64,000 nt of DNA from Stegostoma tigrinum (taxonomy: Eukaryota): contig NC_081396.1 of NCBI RefSeq assembly GCF_030684315.1, forward strand, positions 9,167,628 to 9,231,627, written 5' to 3'. Below, piece by piece: positions 24,480-39,198 of this stretch. The stretch's first letter is position 1. Every line of letters starts with the position of its first letter. A program made the position numbers and the translations under genes. Below the pieces are notes generated by a model. The model worked only from the letters and a program-made list of their open reading frames with translations, had not been told where the DNA came from and ran no database searches.

Positions 24480-27400
24480 AAATGAAAATGTATAGCACAG
24501 GAACAGGCCTTTCGGCTCTCCAAGCCCATGGCAACCATCATTCCCAAATTAATCTTAAACCTAACCTGCTATTTTTCAATTTGCATCATTCTATTCCCTC
24601 CCCATTTGTGTTCCCATCTAGGTGCCTCTTCAATGTCTTTAATGTGCCTGCTTCAAAAACCTGTTCTGGTGGTGAATTCCAGGCTGCTACCACTCTCTGC
24701 ATGAAAAACCTCCCTCACACGTCTCCTTTCAAATTTCCCCTCTCAACTTGAACCTGTGCCCCCTTGTAATTGAAACTCCAACCCTGGGAAAAGGCCTCTG
24801 ACTATCCGCCCTATCTAAGCCTCTCATAATTTTGCAGAAGTCTGCTAGGTCTCCTCTCAGCTGCCATGTTTCCAGAGAATACAGTCATAGTTTTTTTTAA
24901 AGCTTTCATCATAGTCAGTTCCCTGGAGATTCAGCAACATCCCATGAACCTTCTCTATACTCTCTCCAAAGCGTTCATGTCCTTCTGGTAGTGTGGTGAC
25001 CAAAAGTGCACACAATACTCCAAATGCAGCCTAAAAAGGGTTTTATATAGTTGCAACATGTTTTGCCAACTGTTGTGCTCCATGCCCTGGGAGATGAAGG
25101 CAAGCAAGCCATATGCCTTCTTACTCAACTTGGCCAACAGTGTTGCCACGTTCAGGGAACTGTGGACATGCATGTCCAGATCAGTCATAATGTTAGTATT
25201 CCTGAAGGTTTTGCCATTTACACTATAACTCACAGCTAAACACGATCTTCCAACATGCATCACCTCATATTTATCTGGATTAAACTCCATCTGCCATTTC
25301 TGTGCCCAAGATGATAGCCCGTCTATATCCTGTTATATATTTTCACAATTGTTGGCACTGCCAGCAACTCCCCCAATCTTTGAGTCAATAGCAAACTTGC
25401 TGATAGGACCACCCATGCTTTCACCCAGATTATTTATACGTAGTACAAACAACTAAGGACCTAGGACTGATCCCTGTGGAACCCCCCAGTTACTGGTCTC
25501 GATTCCAAAAAAAAATCCTTTCACCACTACCCGTTGTCTTCTATGATCAAGCCAGTTTTCCATCCATCTGGCCATGTCACCCTGAATCCCTTGTAATTTT
25601 ACTTTTTGTTTTTAGTTCTTTTCCCACAGCCCTTCTCTCATCTGTTATCCTCATTACCTCTTCAAAAAAGTCAATCAGGTTGTTGAGACATAATCTTCCC
25701 TGGACAAAACCATGCTACCTATCACTAACTAGTCCATTTTTCTCCAAATGCCCACATATCATGTCTCTCACTATCTTCCCCAAGAGCTTCCCCAGCACAG
25801 ACATCAAGCTCGCTGGTCTATAGTTTCCTGATTGCCCCTGCGTCCTTTCTTAAGCGAGGGAAAAACATTTGCTAATCTCCAGTCCTCTGGAACGTCACCT
25901 GTGGTCAATGAGGATGGGAAGATATCTGCCAATGCGCCAGCTATATCTCCCCTTGCCTCTCTGAGGAATCTGGGGTAGATCCCATCTAATCCTGGGGACT
26001 TGTCTATCTTAATGCAATTTAGAATTCCCAAAACTTCCTCTTTCAATATGTTGACATGCTTTAGAGCATTTGCTCACTCATCTCTGACTCAGCGTAAGCT
26101 ATGTCTTTCTCCTTGTTGAAAATGGATGCAAAGTACTCATTCAGGATCTCCCCCACTACCAGTGGCTCTATATATAGCTTCCTTCTTTCATCCTTGAGTG
26201 GGCCTACTATTTTCCTTGTTACCCTCTTCCTCCCAACATATGCATACAAATCCTTGGGATTCTCCACGACCCCATTTGCTAAAGACATTTCATGGCCACT
26301 TTTTGCTTTCCTAACTGTGCATTTAAGTTCCTTCCTAATTTCTCTGTAATCCACTGGGGCCTTGTCAGATTATCGCTGCCTGGACATGTCATATGCTTCC
26401 ATTTTTCATTTGATTAATCTTACAAATTCCCTTGTCATCCATGCTTCCTGAATCCGGCCGTTCCTATTCCTTAGTTTTGCAGGGACATGCATGTCTTGCA
26501 CTTCAGTCAATTGGCCTCCCAAATGTCAGAGGTAGTTTTGACCACAAATAACAGCTTCCAATCCAATTTCTCCAACTCCTGTCTAAGTTGCGTACAATTG
26601 GTTCTTGCCAATTGAAGCAGCCTCACTCAAGGGCCACTTGTGTCCTTTTCCATGACTTCTCGAAATCTTATGGACTTAGGGACTCTAAGCCTGAGATGCT
26701 CCCCTCCTTAAATATCAGTCACCTGTCCTGGCTCATTCCTTTGAGCCGGGTTTAATATGGACTCCTCTCTGGTTGGATTGTCAACACACTGCCTCAAAAA
26801 GCCCTCCTGGACACAACTAACAAATTGGTTTCCATCCAAGCTCATGGGTCTAAGGCATTCCCAGGCAATAAGGGGAAAGTTGAAGTCATCCACTACAACT
26901 ACTCTACTCATTCACACTTTTCCAGTATCTGACGACGTATCTGCTCATCCGTCGCTCATGGGCTATTGGGTGTTCGATAGGAAATTTCCAACACTGTGAT
27001 TGCACCCTTCCTGTTTCTGAGCCCCACTCGTAATGCCCCAATGCAATATCCTTCCATTGCCTCCTCTCTCACCACAACTGTGATGTGATCACTCATCAGC
27101 AGTGAAACTCCACCATGCCTTTTGTTTTCCTTTCTGTCCCTTTTATAAGCGATATCCAGGAACACTAAGCTGACAATCCTTTCCCTCCTTAAACTATGTC
27201 TCTGTCATGGCAATAAAATCATAATTCTATACAGTAATCCATGCCCTTAGTTCATCTGACTTACTTTTTGCATTGAAGTAAGCGCATTCCAGTCCTCCAG
27301 TCCCTGTGGGCCCCGTAAATTCCCTGTGCCTGCTCTTACTTTGTGCCATGCATATCTCTGACACAGGTTTGTCTCCAGTCCTTACATTTACTGGCCCAGT

Positions 27401-27600
27401 ATTCCAGTTCACGCCGCCCTGGCATGTTAATTTTAACCTTCCCGAAGCCTCAAGCAAACCTCCCGTCCAGGATATTAGTGTCCCTCCAGTTCAGGTGCAA
27501 TCCGTCCTTCCTGGACAGGTCCCACCTTCCTCTGAAGTCATTCCAATGATCGATATGTCTGAAGCCCTCCCTCCTGCTCCAGTCCCTCCGAGATTTTCAG
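24480..27600 (-). mobile_element. Large degenerate CR1 (HER1-like) LINE: ORF1 end, endonuclease and RT
   Basis: Fragmented ORFs DGLHLNW, VVVVDDFNFP, KSPGLDGIYPR, VPEDWRLANV, MEFNPDK, RLHLEYCVHFWSPHY. Confidence 0.9.
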
Positions 27601-29484
27601 GCTGGTCATGGTGACTGCAAGTACCTCCTCCCAGAATTCCTCTCAATGACGTCTCTGCCGCCTCCGGATTGCACAAGGATCAAAACACATGGGCCTTGCA
27701 CACGAATGAGAAATTTAAATGGCAGGCAGCTTTTTGAGACCACGTATCATATTAGAAAAATACAACTGTCTTCTTGAAAAAGATAACTGCAATTTTAAAT
27801 TACATCAGTCAGAGGTTTCTGTCAAATTAAGATAATGAATGGAAAGAGAAACAAATCAAAGCTGCGTACCTTGAACAAAAAAAAAATCAGAATTTCAATC
27901 ACTTCCACAACAGAATTAAAGTTGTGGACATTTTCATTTTAATTTTGAAGTCTCTGACTGCTTTTCAGCATCCATAAACATGAGAAACTTTTCATACTAA
28001 CAGATCCAACAGTTTGCTAGTCTAGTACAGCCTTTAATATAACATAGAAACGTATAACTTGGAACTCTAGGAAATGCCGAATGAAAACAAATGCTTCCAA
28101 GATCAACATAATGCAATCACCTCACGTACTTTATTTCATCCAGTGTGGATCTCCGTCCTTGATATTCCAAAACCATGGAATATTCTAACATTGTATGTGG
28201 CCTGAAACAAGTTCTCGGCCGGTTAAATTTCTTGTTCGTATGCAATGTCCGTGTGTGTTCATGAGCATCCACAGATTGTGGAGCAAAAACAAAATCAAAC
28301 TACAGTGCAGAAGTATGATTAGTGGGTAGAAGTATGCAATTCTACCTCTGAAGCGAGTTTGGTATTTCAAGAAGTGCATGACTGATTTGTTTGTGCTACG
28401 AAATCCCATGGATATTTTTCAAATTTATTGTTTTACGAGAATCTGAGTAAGTAACCCTTTAGTCTTTCCAAATCAAAGGATATTTCACAGAATCATTTGA
28501 GTTTAAAATATTATGGAACAGAGGAGATTACTGGTCACATCGAATTAGTGTCAGTGGAACTCGATCATTCTTTCCAAAAACATTTAACTTCTTAAGTGTT
28601 AGCCTTGTTATTTGGACTACTTAATCTGTCAAGCCAAACACTTATTCTAACGTGATGAGGTTTTGTACCTTTGTCACTCAGACAGGATGTTTCAAATTGC
28701 TATCACTCTCTAGGTGAACTTTTTATTTTCTTTTCTTCTCAACTCCGCTCTGAAACCTAGTTCAGATATCTTATCAATATGGTCTATCCTTTCTGATAAG
28801 GAAAAGTACCGTTCCTGTCTGTTACATCTTAGCTTGTCATAATTATCCACCTCGAAATGAAATCATCAGTCAATACTGTGGTTCAACCCTTCTGTAAATT
28901 CAATGCTACCATGTAGATTTGTATGAAAACATTCTTGAGTCATTATACCGAATTATACTTGCTCTGATTTTAAATTTCTTCCTCCACTGATCTGTGCTTC
29001 AATGACAGGTGATACTTTTGCCCATATCTGCTGCATCAAATTCTTTCAATATTTCTACATAAATTAATTGAATTGGGTAATTAACTAATTTTCATTCCTC
29101 AATGAATCTATCGCTCATCCCTCAATATATACTCATACCGTAACCACTTAAACTTTGATAAATTTACCTCATGTTGAATAAAACGTCCACCAAAATAGCA
29201 GTTTGTTTCCTTATATTCGCAGCTGAAAGTTAAAAGTAACATTGATTTCCACCATGATCAGCGTTTTTGCATCTATAGCATAATTTCAAACTCTCTACTT
29301 CACAGGAATAGCGACATAAAATTCTGGATGACCTCAATAGGTCTGGTAGCTTTAGCGGAGAGAGAAATTGAGGTAATATTTTGAATGAAACTTGGTTCCT
29401 CATCGGAACTCCAGCTTTACATTGCTTTTTTAGATATGATCCAGCACTCAATTAGACCATGAATCATTTATTCCATCACTTTAC

Positions 29485-29554
29485 CTGGCACAGCGATAGC
29501 TGCAAGTGTCGTGTAGTAAATGGCATACACAGGACCTCTTGGCGGGGCATGCAT
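29485..29554 (-). CDS. GPR139-like GPCR gene A, coding exon 1
   Basis: MHAPPRGPVYAIYYTTLAAIAVP plus G, then a GTAAAG donor. Phase 1 gives ...AVP-V-NVVAIVIL. Total protein 324 aa. Confidence 0.88.
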
Positions 29555-31219
29555 CTTCTTTGAGATGTCAAGTTTGAGATGTCTGTTTATGGTTTCTGAT
29601 GTGTTCTGTTCCATTTACCAAGGGATCCTATTATACCTGAGGCGAACACACTAGAGACACAATTAGATAACATCATCATTGATATTAACTACAGTCATTC
29701 GGGAATGACAAGAAGAAAAAAACAGTTTTGGATTCACGACCATCTCATTTTCTTATGGTCATAAACAGCTAGATTCGAGAATTTCAATGTGAATGTTGGT
29801 TTCAGTTGTTGAATAAATGGAGTTGCTTAACAATCATCAAAGTGATGCTGGCTACATTCAACATTACAGTCTTTCATTTTCTTTTATTTTTAATGATATA
29901 ACAAGGAGAAAAAAAGGGTTTTAACGAGCATTGCTACTTGGCCTGATGTGTTCATTCAGCTCTAGACCTTGTTATCTTTTAAGGAGAGTTCACATTTTCT
30001 GTATTTATTCGTTTGGATGGGTCCTTATCCTCCCGTTTTGCATATATGTGACTACAGTCACCCATCAATTTTTTTTTCTTATTCCGTCTCTGAGAAGGCC
30101 CAGCAACTCCGTAAGATTTCTCTCGTAGGAAGTGAAGAATGAAACCTACAAGTGAAAGAAGTCATATAGTTTGCACCCTGAAAGTTAACCAGGGCGTGCA
30201 TTTGACGACCGGTGCCAAGATCTGGAAATTTGTCTTACACATTCGTCTAGCAGCAACCTTATGTAACATGCTTTTAGAATGGTACCTGTCAGCTAACGCT
30301 GCAGCAGTCTCCCTTACAAATACCTTACATATTAGATTTGATTGAATAGGTGTCTCGAACATAAGTGAAGAGGCAGTGTTTTGAACTGATGTGTGTTAGT
30401 TGGTAGAGTGTGGATCTGGTATTCTTTAATGGTGATGTGCTCCATAAAATCGCATGAATTAGAGACCAAACATGGCAAGGAGAACTACTAAATACTTATT
30501 ATTACTTAATGCATTGCCAGCTGCTGATGATATCAAAGGATCAGAATATAATCCGAATGTGAAATTGAACACCATCGTTAAGTCTGGATTACAAAACTGT
30601 CAGCCTGAGTTGGCGTAAATTCAGAAGAGGAAAAAAATGCCTTTTCCAAACTACTCAACAAATTGCCTATCACGACTGCATGAATCCACTACGGCATCAA
30701 GGGGAGTGATTAGCACACTGCTCTTGTGGAGTTTAATGACCATATTCACAGAGGCATATTGACTATTACATGATGAAAGGACAGCATTGCACGAAAGAGA
30801 GGACAGAAGAAATGGAAGACTCGTGATCAGAACAGTCCATTCACAAGGTTTGCAGCAGAACTGTCTTCTGGTCGAACATTTCACCTCATTCTTCGACAAT
30901 TCCCTTCCTTTATCACCTGCAGTCATTTAAAAGACCTTATTTCAACTACTACTGTAGAAAAGTATGCTAAGGTGAAAACAATGCATTGGACGTTTGAAGG
31001 TGTGACTACAATATCAGAGAACCAGGAAGAGATTATTGAGATGTTGAATTGCAGCAGCATTTATCTGAATCGCAACTTACTTCTTTGCATTTTCAATAAC
31101 AAGGCATATTGAGGGAAACTGTGAGAGTTAATTTTGAAAAGAAAAAAAATCACTAGTAGACGATTTTCAGTTGAAAGTTCAATGTTTACATTACCATTTG
31201 AATCAATAAATCACTGAAC

Positions 31220-31710
31220 GACAGAATCATTACTGGGGAGGCCCGTCATGATTACACTGGCACTCTAAGCGCAATATTTCAAAGCAAGTAGTCATTCAAC
31301 TTCCCCCATGAATTCCTCAATTGATCTCCCCTCTATTGCCCCTCGAAGTAGCATTCCAAACCCGGACCACAGACAGCATAATTATTTTTTCTCCTTCTTT
31401 AAGTCAAAAATAAAAGGCTTCGAATCTGGCTCTTTATTATCTGGTTCTCCGGATTTTCTTTTACAAATGTGAACGTGTCCCCCCTCCAGTTTTATTTAAT
31501 CCAGGGAAACTAGTTCTTATGTCCCCAATCTCTATTTATGAATTTACTGATATTTGAAACCTTCTCGAAAAGCTGTCTATGGGCTGTCCAATGCTTTCAC
31601 ATGTTTCCTAAAATATGGCGCCTAGAAGTGTGCTCAATATTCTAGCTGAGATCTAACCAATGTAAAACCCTTGTCCTATTCAAAGTGACCTTGCTAATGA
31701 AATCTAAAGT
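31220..31710 (-). mobile_element. Old CR1 LINE 3' fragment
   Basis: tccaatgctttcacatgtttcctaaaatatggcgcctagaagtgtgctcaatattctagctg (antisense of LEYCAQFW.P.F.KDV). Confidence 0.5.
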
Positions 31711-32414
31711 ACTATGTGCAAGCGGTCCCGGGAATCACGTTTACAGGGCCTAGCTTTGGTTCTAATGAGCTTTTTCTGTCCAATTAAAGGAAACTGTTTA
31801 GACCTTTGTTTTATTGTAATCTTTAATCATCATGAGTGCGTTAAACAGGTAATTCTAATATCTTCAGGAAGGCACAGATTGCTAATTTAGGCCACGAAAC
31901 CGGTCCACGCACATTAAACATTCATTTTCGAATAATATTTCCCTGAAACTGCACTGTATTTTTCCAAAAGTAGCATGAGGTGCTGTGCTGCGACCTCAGA
32001 AGGCTTGAATGATTACTTCAACTTTTTGTGTGACATTGTCCAGAATTAAGGATCAAATATGACCCTCTAAAAGACAACTGAATGCTTTAGTCCTATTGAA
32101 TTATTGTGACAATTTGTAATAGGATATGCTAGCGCAGGCAGAACATCAGCTTGCAGCCGATGACAAAGCAACAAAGTTTCATCCTTGCAGATAAACCGGC
32201 CAAATTTAACCCAATTAATTATCATCCTGTCTTCAGCATTCAAATACCATGAAAGTGATGCATTGGAAAGGCGACGTTAGGAAATATAGCTGCACAACAC
32301 GTAAATCTTCCTGAGGCACTCAGCTTCAGATAAAATCGAACATTCGCCCAAATCTGAATTTCAATGTTGAATAAAATAGACTGCATTGGCACCAAAGCCG
32401 ATAAGAGGCTTCAG

Positions 32415-32540
32415 AGATGGTACGAACTGCCGATGCTGGAGTCAGAGATAAGACATTGTGGAGCTGGATGAACACAGCAGGCCAGGCAGCATTAGATGAG
32501 TAGGAAAGTTGACGTTTCGTGTCGAGACCCTTCTTCAGAA
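32415..32540 (-). mobile_element. Penelope terminal fragment with hammerhead core
   Basis: The minus strand reads ctgaagaagggtctcgacacgaaacgtc at 32538-32511. Confidence 0.65.
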
Positions 32541-33279
32541 ATTAACATTTTGTAATATTCACTAATACCTCAGGACGTCACAATGTACATTGCTGTCTAT
32601 TAAGTCATTCCAAGATATGGTTTGTTTGGCAATGATAGAAACAGTATCAAGAGAAGGAATATGAGCACATGTGGATCAGAGTGCATTGTTGAGAGGTCGT
32701 GGGCATAAAAGCATAAGGTTATAGAAAGTTACAACATAGAATGTCATCTCTCACCAGGTCACATCTTCTTCAGTCATTTGAAAGACGCATGGAATTTAAC
32801 CAAAAACTTGACGTCCTGCTTGCAACATTTTTTTTCTTAATGGCAGCGAAATAAACTGAAATAACTCGTGTCTGTCTCTGATGTCTACTGATGTGTTCAA
32901 AAGAGGTGGTAAAATAGATACTCAGGTTAATTCTCAAACTTGGTTTCAGATTTATTGACATTGTTGTACAGCCTTTGTTTCAGCTTTGCATTACATTGAT
33001 AACACAGTGAGGTGCAACTTCTCTCTGAAATCTACTGTTGTTTTGCAACATATGAAGTAAATTTTAACAGTTTACAGTCCATTCTTCTACTACTGCCACG
33101 ATTGAAAGTTCATCAATTACTTGTTGAACACGTGGGATCCCAACGGCTCTATAAATACTTGTTTTTTTTTAGTCTGTTCCTGTCCAGAAAATCATTCGCT
33201 TTGTTTGCTGAATGAATCTACATTTTTTTTGAGATGCTCTGATCTCATACAAAATCGTGAACATTTCTTTCTTATATTG

Positions 33280-33970
33280 AAATTTTGGAAACGGATTTCG
33301 GCAGAGCTCGTGAACAGGATTGTCCGTCAGGCATATGGTGCACTTCCTTTCATCGGTAATAGCTGAGACTGTAAGAGGAAGGAGGTAATACTGGAGTTGT
33401 ATAGAGCTTTGGCCAGGCTGGAGTCCTGTGTGCAGTTCTGATCATCTCACTACAGGAAGGATGTGATAGTTGCAGAGAGCGTACAGAGGAGGCTCAACAG
33501 GATGTTGCCTGAAGTGGAGCAATTGAGCCATAAGGACAGACTAGAAAGACTTCGATTTTTTTCTCCAGAGCAGAGAAGACTGTTGGCGGTGTGTGAGTGG
33601 GATTGTAGGCATGACTGAGATGTATAATTTATGAGGAATATAGATAGGCTGAATAGAGAGCAGCTTGGTTGAGGGTGTTCAATGAGGAGAGGACATCGTT
33701 TTCTGATAAAGGGCTAAAGATTCAGGGATTTGAGGGAAAGAAGCTTTTTCATTCAGTGCGTTGTGATAATCTGAAATGCACAGCCTGGGAAGGTACTGCA
33801 GTCCAGAAACCTTCTGACATTTAACAGACATTTGGATGAGTACTTCAAATATCATAACATCCAAGGATGCAGGACAAGTGCAGAATATTGGGAGTTGGGC
33901 AGCAGTACTTACGTTGCTGCAGACTCAGTGGGTTGAAGGGCCTTTTCTGCATTGTATGAATCTATGAATA
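33280..33970 (+). mobile_element. CR1 LINE 3' fragment
   Basis: ctggagtcctgtgtgcagttctgatcatctcactacaggaaggatgtg...ctccagagcagagaagactg...gaagggccttttctgcattgtatga. Confidence 0.75.
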
Positions 33971-34074
33971 TGTGAGTCTACATCCTTATTCCCACGTAAA
34001 TCACTCCATCAATGTATGTTGGAATATTCCTTTAACAAATTGCTTCTGCATACCTTTCACTTCATCTACTCAAA

Positions 34075-34252
34075 CAAAGTCAGAAGTCACGCAACACCAG
34101 GATATAGACCACTACGTTCTTTTGAAATGACAAGCTTTGGAAACGTAGCCCTGAGAGCTTGTGATTTCAAGAAGAGCTTGTTGGCCTATAACATGATGTC
34201 ATATGATTTCTGACTTTATCCACCCAGTACAACACCAGCACCTCTACATCAT
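34075..34252. mobile_element. Palindromic Penelope-derived element (same family as 865-1030)
   Basis: Inverted arms aaagtcagaagtcac...caccagg.tatag / ctataac..gatgtcatatgatttctgacttt. Confidence 0.55.
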
Positions 34253-35454
34253 GCCAAACAAAGTCAACATTATCACTGAAGGCACTTAACTCTGGATCGC
34301 TTCCAGTTAGCTACCATACAGTTCCAATTTACAGATTGCCTTCAGATGTGATGCAGACCCCATATGTTATCAAAACATACCGGCATAGCGTGACCCCAGT
34401 CTGTGCACATAATGGTAAACATTAAAGATCCAAATCAATCACCATGTTTCAAAACTTTGCTTCATTTTTCAGTGATTTTCTCTCTATGACTTCGAGCGTA
34501 CTTCCTTCTGTCTTAATTTATCCTTTCAGTTGTTCAATCTCAGTTGAGCTGTCCTCTCGATTGCTTCACTCGACCGTCATTCTCACATTTATTTTTCCTG
34601 TTCTGGCCTGTTCCAATAACATCAGTATTGGCTCTCCGTTAAATAACTAACAATTACCCATTTTTTAACGTTTCAGATTTTCAGCATACTCAGATCTTGT
34701 TTCTTGGTCTTGCCCCAATATAGTATCTGTGAGTGGCTTACTAAGGTGTCGGGTTCCAGCTCGTCTTAAGCAAGAAAGCTATGCTGCTACAACCAAATAA
34801 TTATATGTAATACAATGGAAGGAAACGTGCCATCGGTTATGAAAGAATGAGTGTTGGAAAGAGAAATAACATGTGGATTAAGCATTTCTGGGTCCACATA
34901 TTTTGAAATGATGAAGATACAAACAAGTGATGGCAAGTAGTTGTGTTTAATGTGGTGATGCAAGATCAGGATTAAGAATGAGGCACACAGCATTGACCTG
35001 ACAATGAAGGCGTGTGGAGGAGTTTTAAAATAGTAGAGGGACACTCATATCGATTGGGATATCACATTCCTTCATCCTGTTTCGACTATTTTCTATTACA
35101 GTGCAAATGATATTCTAAAGAATTTGAATTCTCCAAAGAACACAGTATTGGTCAAAATGCCATGCTGATCGGTAAAACTAAGGCATAAAACTGAGGGGAA
35201 AATGTGTATAATGGATTTTGCTTGGCAGTGGAGATGACATGAGCATAATACTGATTACCACAATCTGTTCGTTAAGGGTTGAATGTCTAAAAGGACATCT
35301 TGGGAAAGTAAACAGATGACAATATTGGCTTTGTGTAGAAGAACGGTGGGACAAAAAAAAGCCCAACAACTGAAAAAAATCTTGGCGACTAAAACAAAAG
35401 TCAGAAAAGCAAAATTGTTAACCTTGGTCAATAATTTAGTTTCAGCTTTGATCT

Positions 35455-36385
35455 CCAAGATGGCGGCAGAGTAGCAGGACTGCGTGAGGGCCCCATTTTT
35501 CTTCTTCCTTCACAGCTTATTTTTCCTTTTCACTCTTCCAGTTACCTTTCAGGGAAAGTCGGAGCCAGCATGTGGAATAGTGCGAGAGCGCTGGAGAGAG
35601 CAAAAGGTGTGGGGGAGATCGAGCCCAACTCTACAGTGATCGAGTCCCCGGCATCTGTTGTCGTTCGGATTGGATGAGATTGAACCCAGCATGGAGGATA
35701 GAATTTGAAGAACAGCATCTTATCTTCTGCCTGGGCACCCAACAGCCTGGAGGACTTAACGTTGAATTCTCCAATTTCAAATAACCTTGCTCTCCTTCCC
35801 CACCTCCCTTTCCAGCCCCACCTACTACCTCCCATTCCACCTTCTGGCCCTCCCTTCCAGCCACCAACCAGATTCATCCCTAGCACCAACCAACCAACCA
35901 GGTCGTACCTATTACCACCTATAGCATCATTCCACTTCCACCACCCAACACCGCCCTCCGTCTGTCTGCAGTTTCCCCGACCCCACATCCAATCCCGAAG
36001 AAGGGTAATACCTGTAACATTGACTCCTCCCTTCCTCCAGATGCTGCATGGCCTGCTGCGTTCTTCCAGCTTCATGTTTGTCTACCAAGGAGGAGATTCT
36101 TCTGGAGTGCGTCAACCTATAATGGCTAAGCACTTATGCAGGGTTGCAATGTTGACCTTTTAACTCTATTTCTTTATTTTTCTACTTTATATCAAGACAC
36201 ACATAAATGTTGAACTTATAACTATATTTCTATATTTTTTGACCTTATAACGAATATTTTTGCATCCAGGGTACCTTCATACCTAAGACGGTACCAGGAA
36301 TGGAAACAATGCACATTTTTCACTGAAATCCTGTATCCCTGTATTTGTGTACATGCGACAATGAAATCTACTTCCAATTCTAAAA
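35455..36385 (+). mobile_element. Non-autonomous retroelement with a Rex1/L2-like tail, interrupted by a Penelope fragment
   Basis: Head ccaagatggcggc; tail ttttcactg...tacatgcgacaatgaaa. A similar tail is inverted at ~37897-37970. Confidence 0.45.
35700..36080 (+). mobile_element. Penelope-like element 3' fragment (GIY-YIG C-terminus plus 3' UTR)
   Basis: EEQHLIFCLGTQQPGGLNVEFSNFK*, a pyrimidine-rich UTR and a decayed hammerhead (gaagaagggtaatacctgtaacattga). Confidence 0.75.
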
Positions 36386-37100
36386 AAAAGACATAATCAG
36401 ACGCTTCGATTGAGACACGTATCTGACACCAAGCATTTGAGGAGAGTGAGAAAGGATACAAAAGTGAACAAGGTGTGATTAGGAGTAGATCAATGCAAAT
36501 ACACATTTCAGAAGGCGAAGGGCAAAAATGCAAATGTTACAGAAGCATAAGTTAAAATGACTTAAATAGTGTAAATAAGATCATTCAAAGTACAGAAGAG
36601 TCACTGAAACTGCAGAAAAATAAAATAACTTGTTTCCACTATTCAAAATTGAAATAATTAGACGTTTATGGTATCAGACATGAGACTAGAAAATACACTA
36701 AATGATTAAGAAATAAGGCGGCATACATTCAATATAAAATCAGGAATGGACCTTGTCAGATTAGCAAGCGACATAGTGGCTCATTGCTTAGCGCTGCTCC
36801 CTCAGGGATGCGGGTTTGCTTCCAGCCTTGGTTGACTGTGTGGAGTTTTGATGTTCTTTCAGTATGTGCGTGTGCCTGGTGCACACGTATCCCTCCAACA
36901 ATATAAAGATGTGCAAGCTAACTGCACAAATTGAGAATGGTGCATCATTATTCTTTTGTACAGTTCACATCCTTGTAAATAAATTACCCATGCATCATAT
37001 ACAACTAACTGCAGATTCATTACGGGCTTCAACACTTATAAGACAACAATTAAACATTTTCTAAACGATCACATAGCACGTGTATCAGAAACTTTATTAT

Positions 37101-37333
37101 AACAAGGTGTAGAGCTGGATGAACACAACAGGCCAAGTAACATCAGAGGAGCAGGAAGGCTGGCGTTTCGGGCCTAGACCCTTCTTCAGAAATGCTGAAA
37201 TGGATTTCTGAAGAAGGGTCTAGGCCCAAAACCTCAGCCTTCCTGCTCCTCTGATGCTGCTTGGCCTGCTGTGTTCATCCAGCTCTACACCTTGTTGTTT
37301 CAGATTCTCCAGCATCTGCAGTTCCTACTATCT
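37101..37333. mobile_element. Palindromic Penelope-derived element with two opposed hammerhead-like cores
   Basis: ~93-bp inverted arms, a 3' extension ctccagcatctgcagttcctactatct, and an imperfect TSD cagaaactttatt / cagaaattttctt. Confidence 0.8.
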
Positions 37334-39170
37334 CAGAAATTTTCTTATTTTGCATGTTGACATTGTGAAATGCTAAACTGAAGATCTAAGTGACTTTGGA
37401 TTCTGAGAGCTATTTTGCTGCCTTGGTCACTGAAGAGAAGTACAAGATTGTTAAGTAAAATAGAAGTTGAGCTGTTTGAGAAACAGGCTTCAGTGCCACT
37501 GTCTGGTGGTGATGGACAATGCTGAGATTATATGTATTGTGAACTAGTTGCTTGACAGTGTTGTCGGGTTTTTAAATTTAGGAATCTGTTTCAACACATC
37601 AGCCAGATGAGTGGCAGTTTTATCTCACCCTGACCGTCGTTATTTTCGTCGAAAATAACATAAAGCTTTACACACAGACAAATGTGTGTTGTTAAACATA
37701 TGTGTTTTGTTGCCTGTATGTGAACAGATATTTGCCACGTATGCCTCTAGTTAGTTTGGTCAGTTATGTTTTCGACGTCTTCTTCGGAGGAGGCCCCTAT
37801 TTTCTTTCCATTCTCTTCGAATTCTCATCATATTACCTTGGATCTCATTGTTCAGATAGATAGGAATGAAAAGACAAAAGACAGTCAAAAATTCGATTAG
37901 TTTTATTGTCACATGTACCTGGACAAATGCAGTGAAAAGTTCGCAAGTCATCACTTACAGCGCCATTTTTTTATGTGCAGTTATCTAGACACAGATTCTA
38001 CAGCCCAAGTTCCTTTTAGGGAAAAGAAAAGGCAATAAAGAGACAAAAAGAAAAGTTCAGTATTGCAGGCCATATGAATCAAATAGAAAATAGAGAAAGG
38101 AAAGTTCAGAAGAATGATCTTTCCAACCCAGTCAATATTGGCACTTAGCCTCCAATCTGCGGCGGCCCTAGAATCCAGACAGCACCGGGATTCACCCTGA
38201 GATTCTCAAAGCCAGGAGCGTGTAAAACAAGAGCCAAGAATTGAATGCCCCTTTAGCTAGACCAGAACTGAAATAATTCAGATATATTTTGTTGCCAATG
38301 TGAAACGTCTGGATGCCCGTCTCGAAAATATGGAGCATTTTTAAACACCTGTGGGTTATTTCTAAAAAGAACAGTGATTATTTTTATATCAGTAAACTGA
38401 TTTATATAGCAGTATACTTTATTTAATATTATCGGTACACTGATTTACAGTTTATTTTTGCTGCTTTTTTTTCTGCAGTGATGTACTCGAACCGCACCAA
38501 TCAAAACAATCGAATACACGGGTTCTGCATTGATACTTAATATCTGTCTTTTTGTAGCGTCTTCACCCTTCTCAAAGGTGATTTGCCGATTCTCTCTCCT
38601 TATTTCATCATGTATCTCTCTTTAACTGTGTTTTCTCTATTGCACCTTATTTCCTTCTCATTGAGTACTTTCTGGGATGAAACATAGCCCTTTGGTGATT
38701 GTTTATAAAGGCAAGATTGTTACAAATTTTATTGTTGGAACTGTATTTCCAAAAGGCAATCATGATGATTCCATGGAGCAGCTAACTTTTAGTAAAACAA
38801 TGAACAACTAATGTATTACATTTGAGATTGGGTTCTTCCCTGTTTTGAACAACGTGTATGTTTGAGACCACCAAATTACTCTATCTTTCTGCACGGACCT
38901 TCATATTAAACAGTCTCAGAGAAAACATAAAATTAAGATATATACGAAGTATGACTGAATGTCACAACATGAAATGTAAACTATTCTCTGCTAATATGCT
39001 GCGGGAGCTTCTGTTCATTTACAGTATTTTCTACAATTATTTAAAACTTAGTTTTCCATTGATGTTGGAATTATGTTATTCAACAAGTGGGCTTTCTTTT
39101 CACCTTGATGATAAAATGTGAGGCTGGATGAACACAGCAGGCCAAGCAGCATCTCAGGAGCACAAAAGCT

Positions 39171-39198
39171 GACGTTTCGGGCCTAGACCCTTCATCAG
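39171..39198 (-). ncRNA. Minimal hammerhead ribozyme motif
   Basis: The minus strand reads CUGAUGAAGGGUCUAGGCCCGAAACGUC. Confidence 0.65.
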
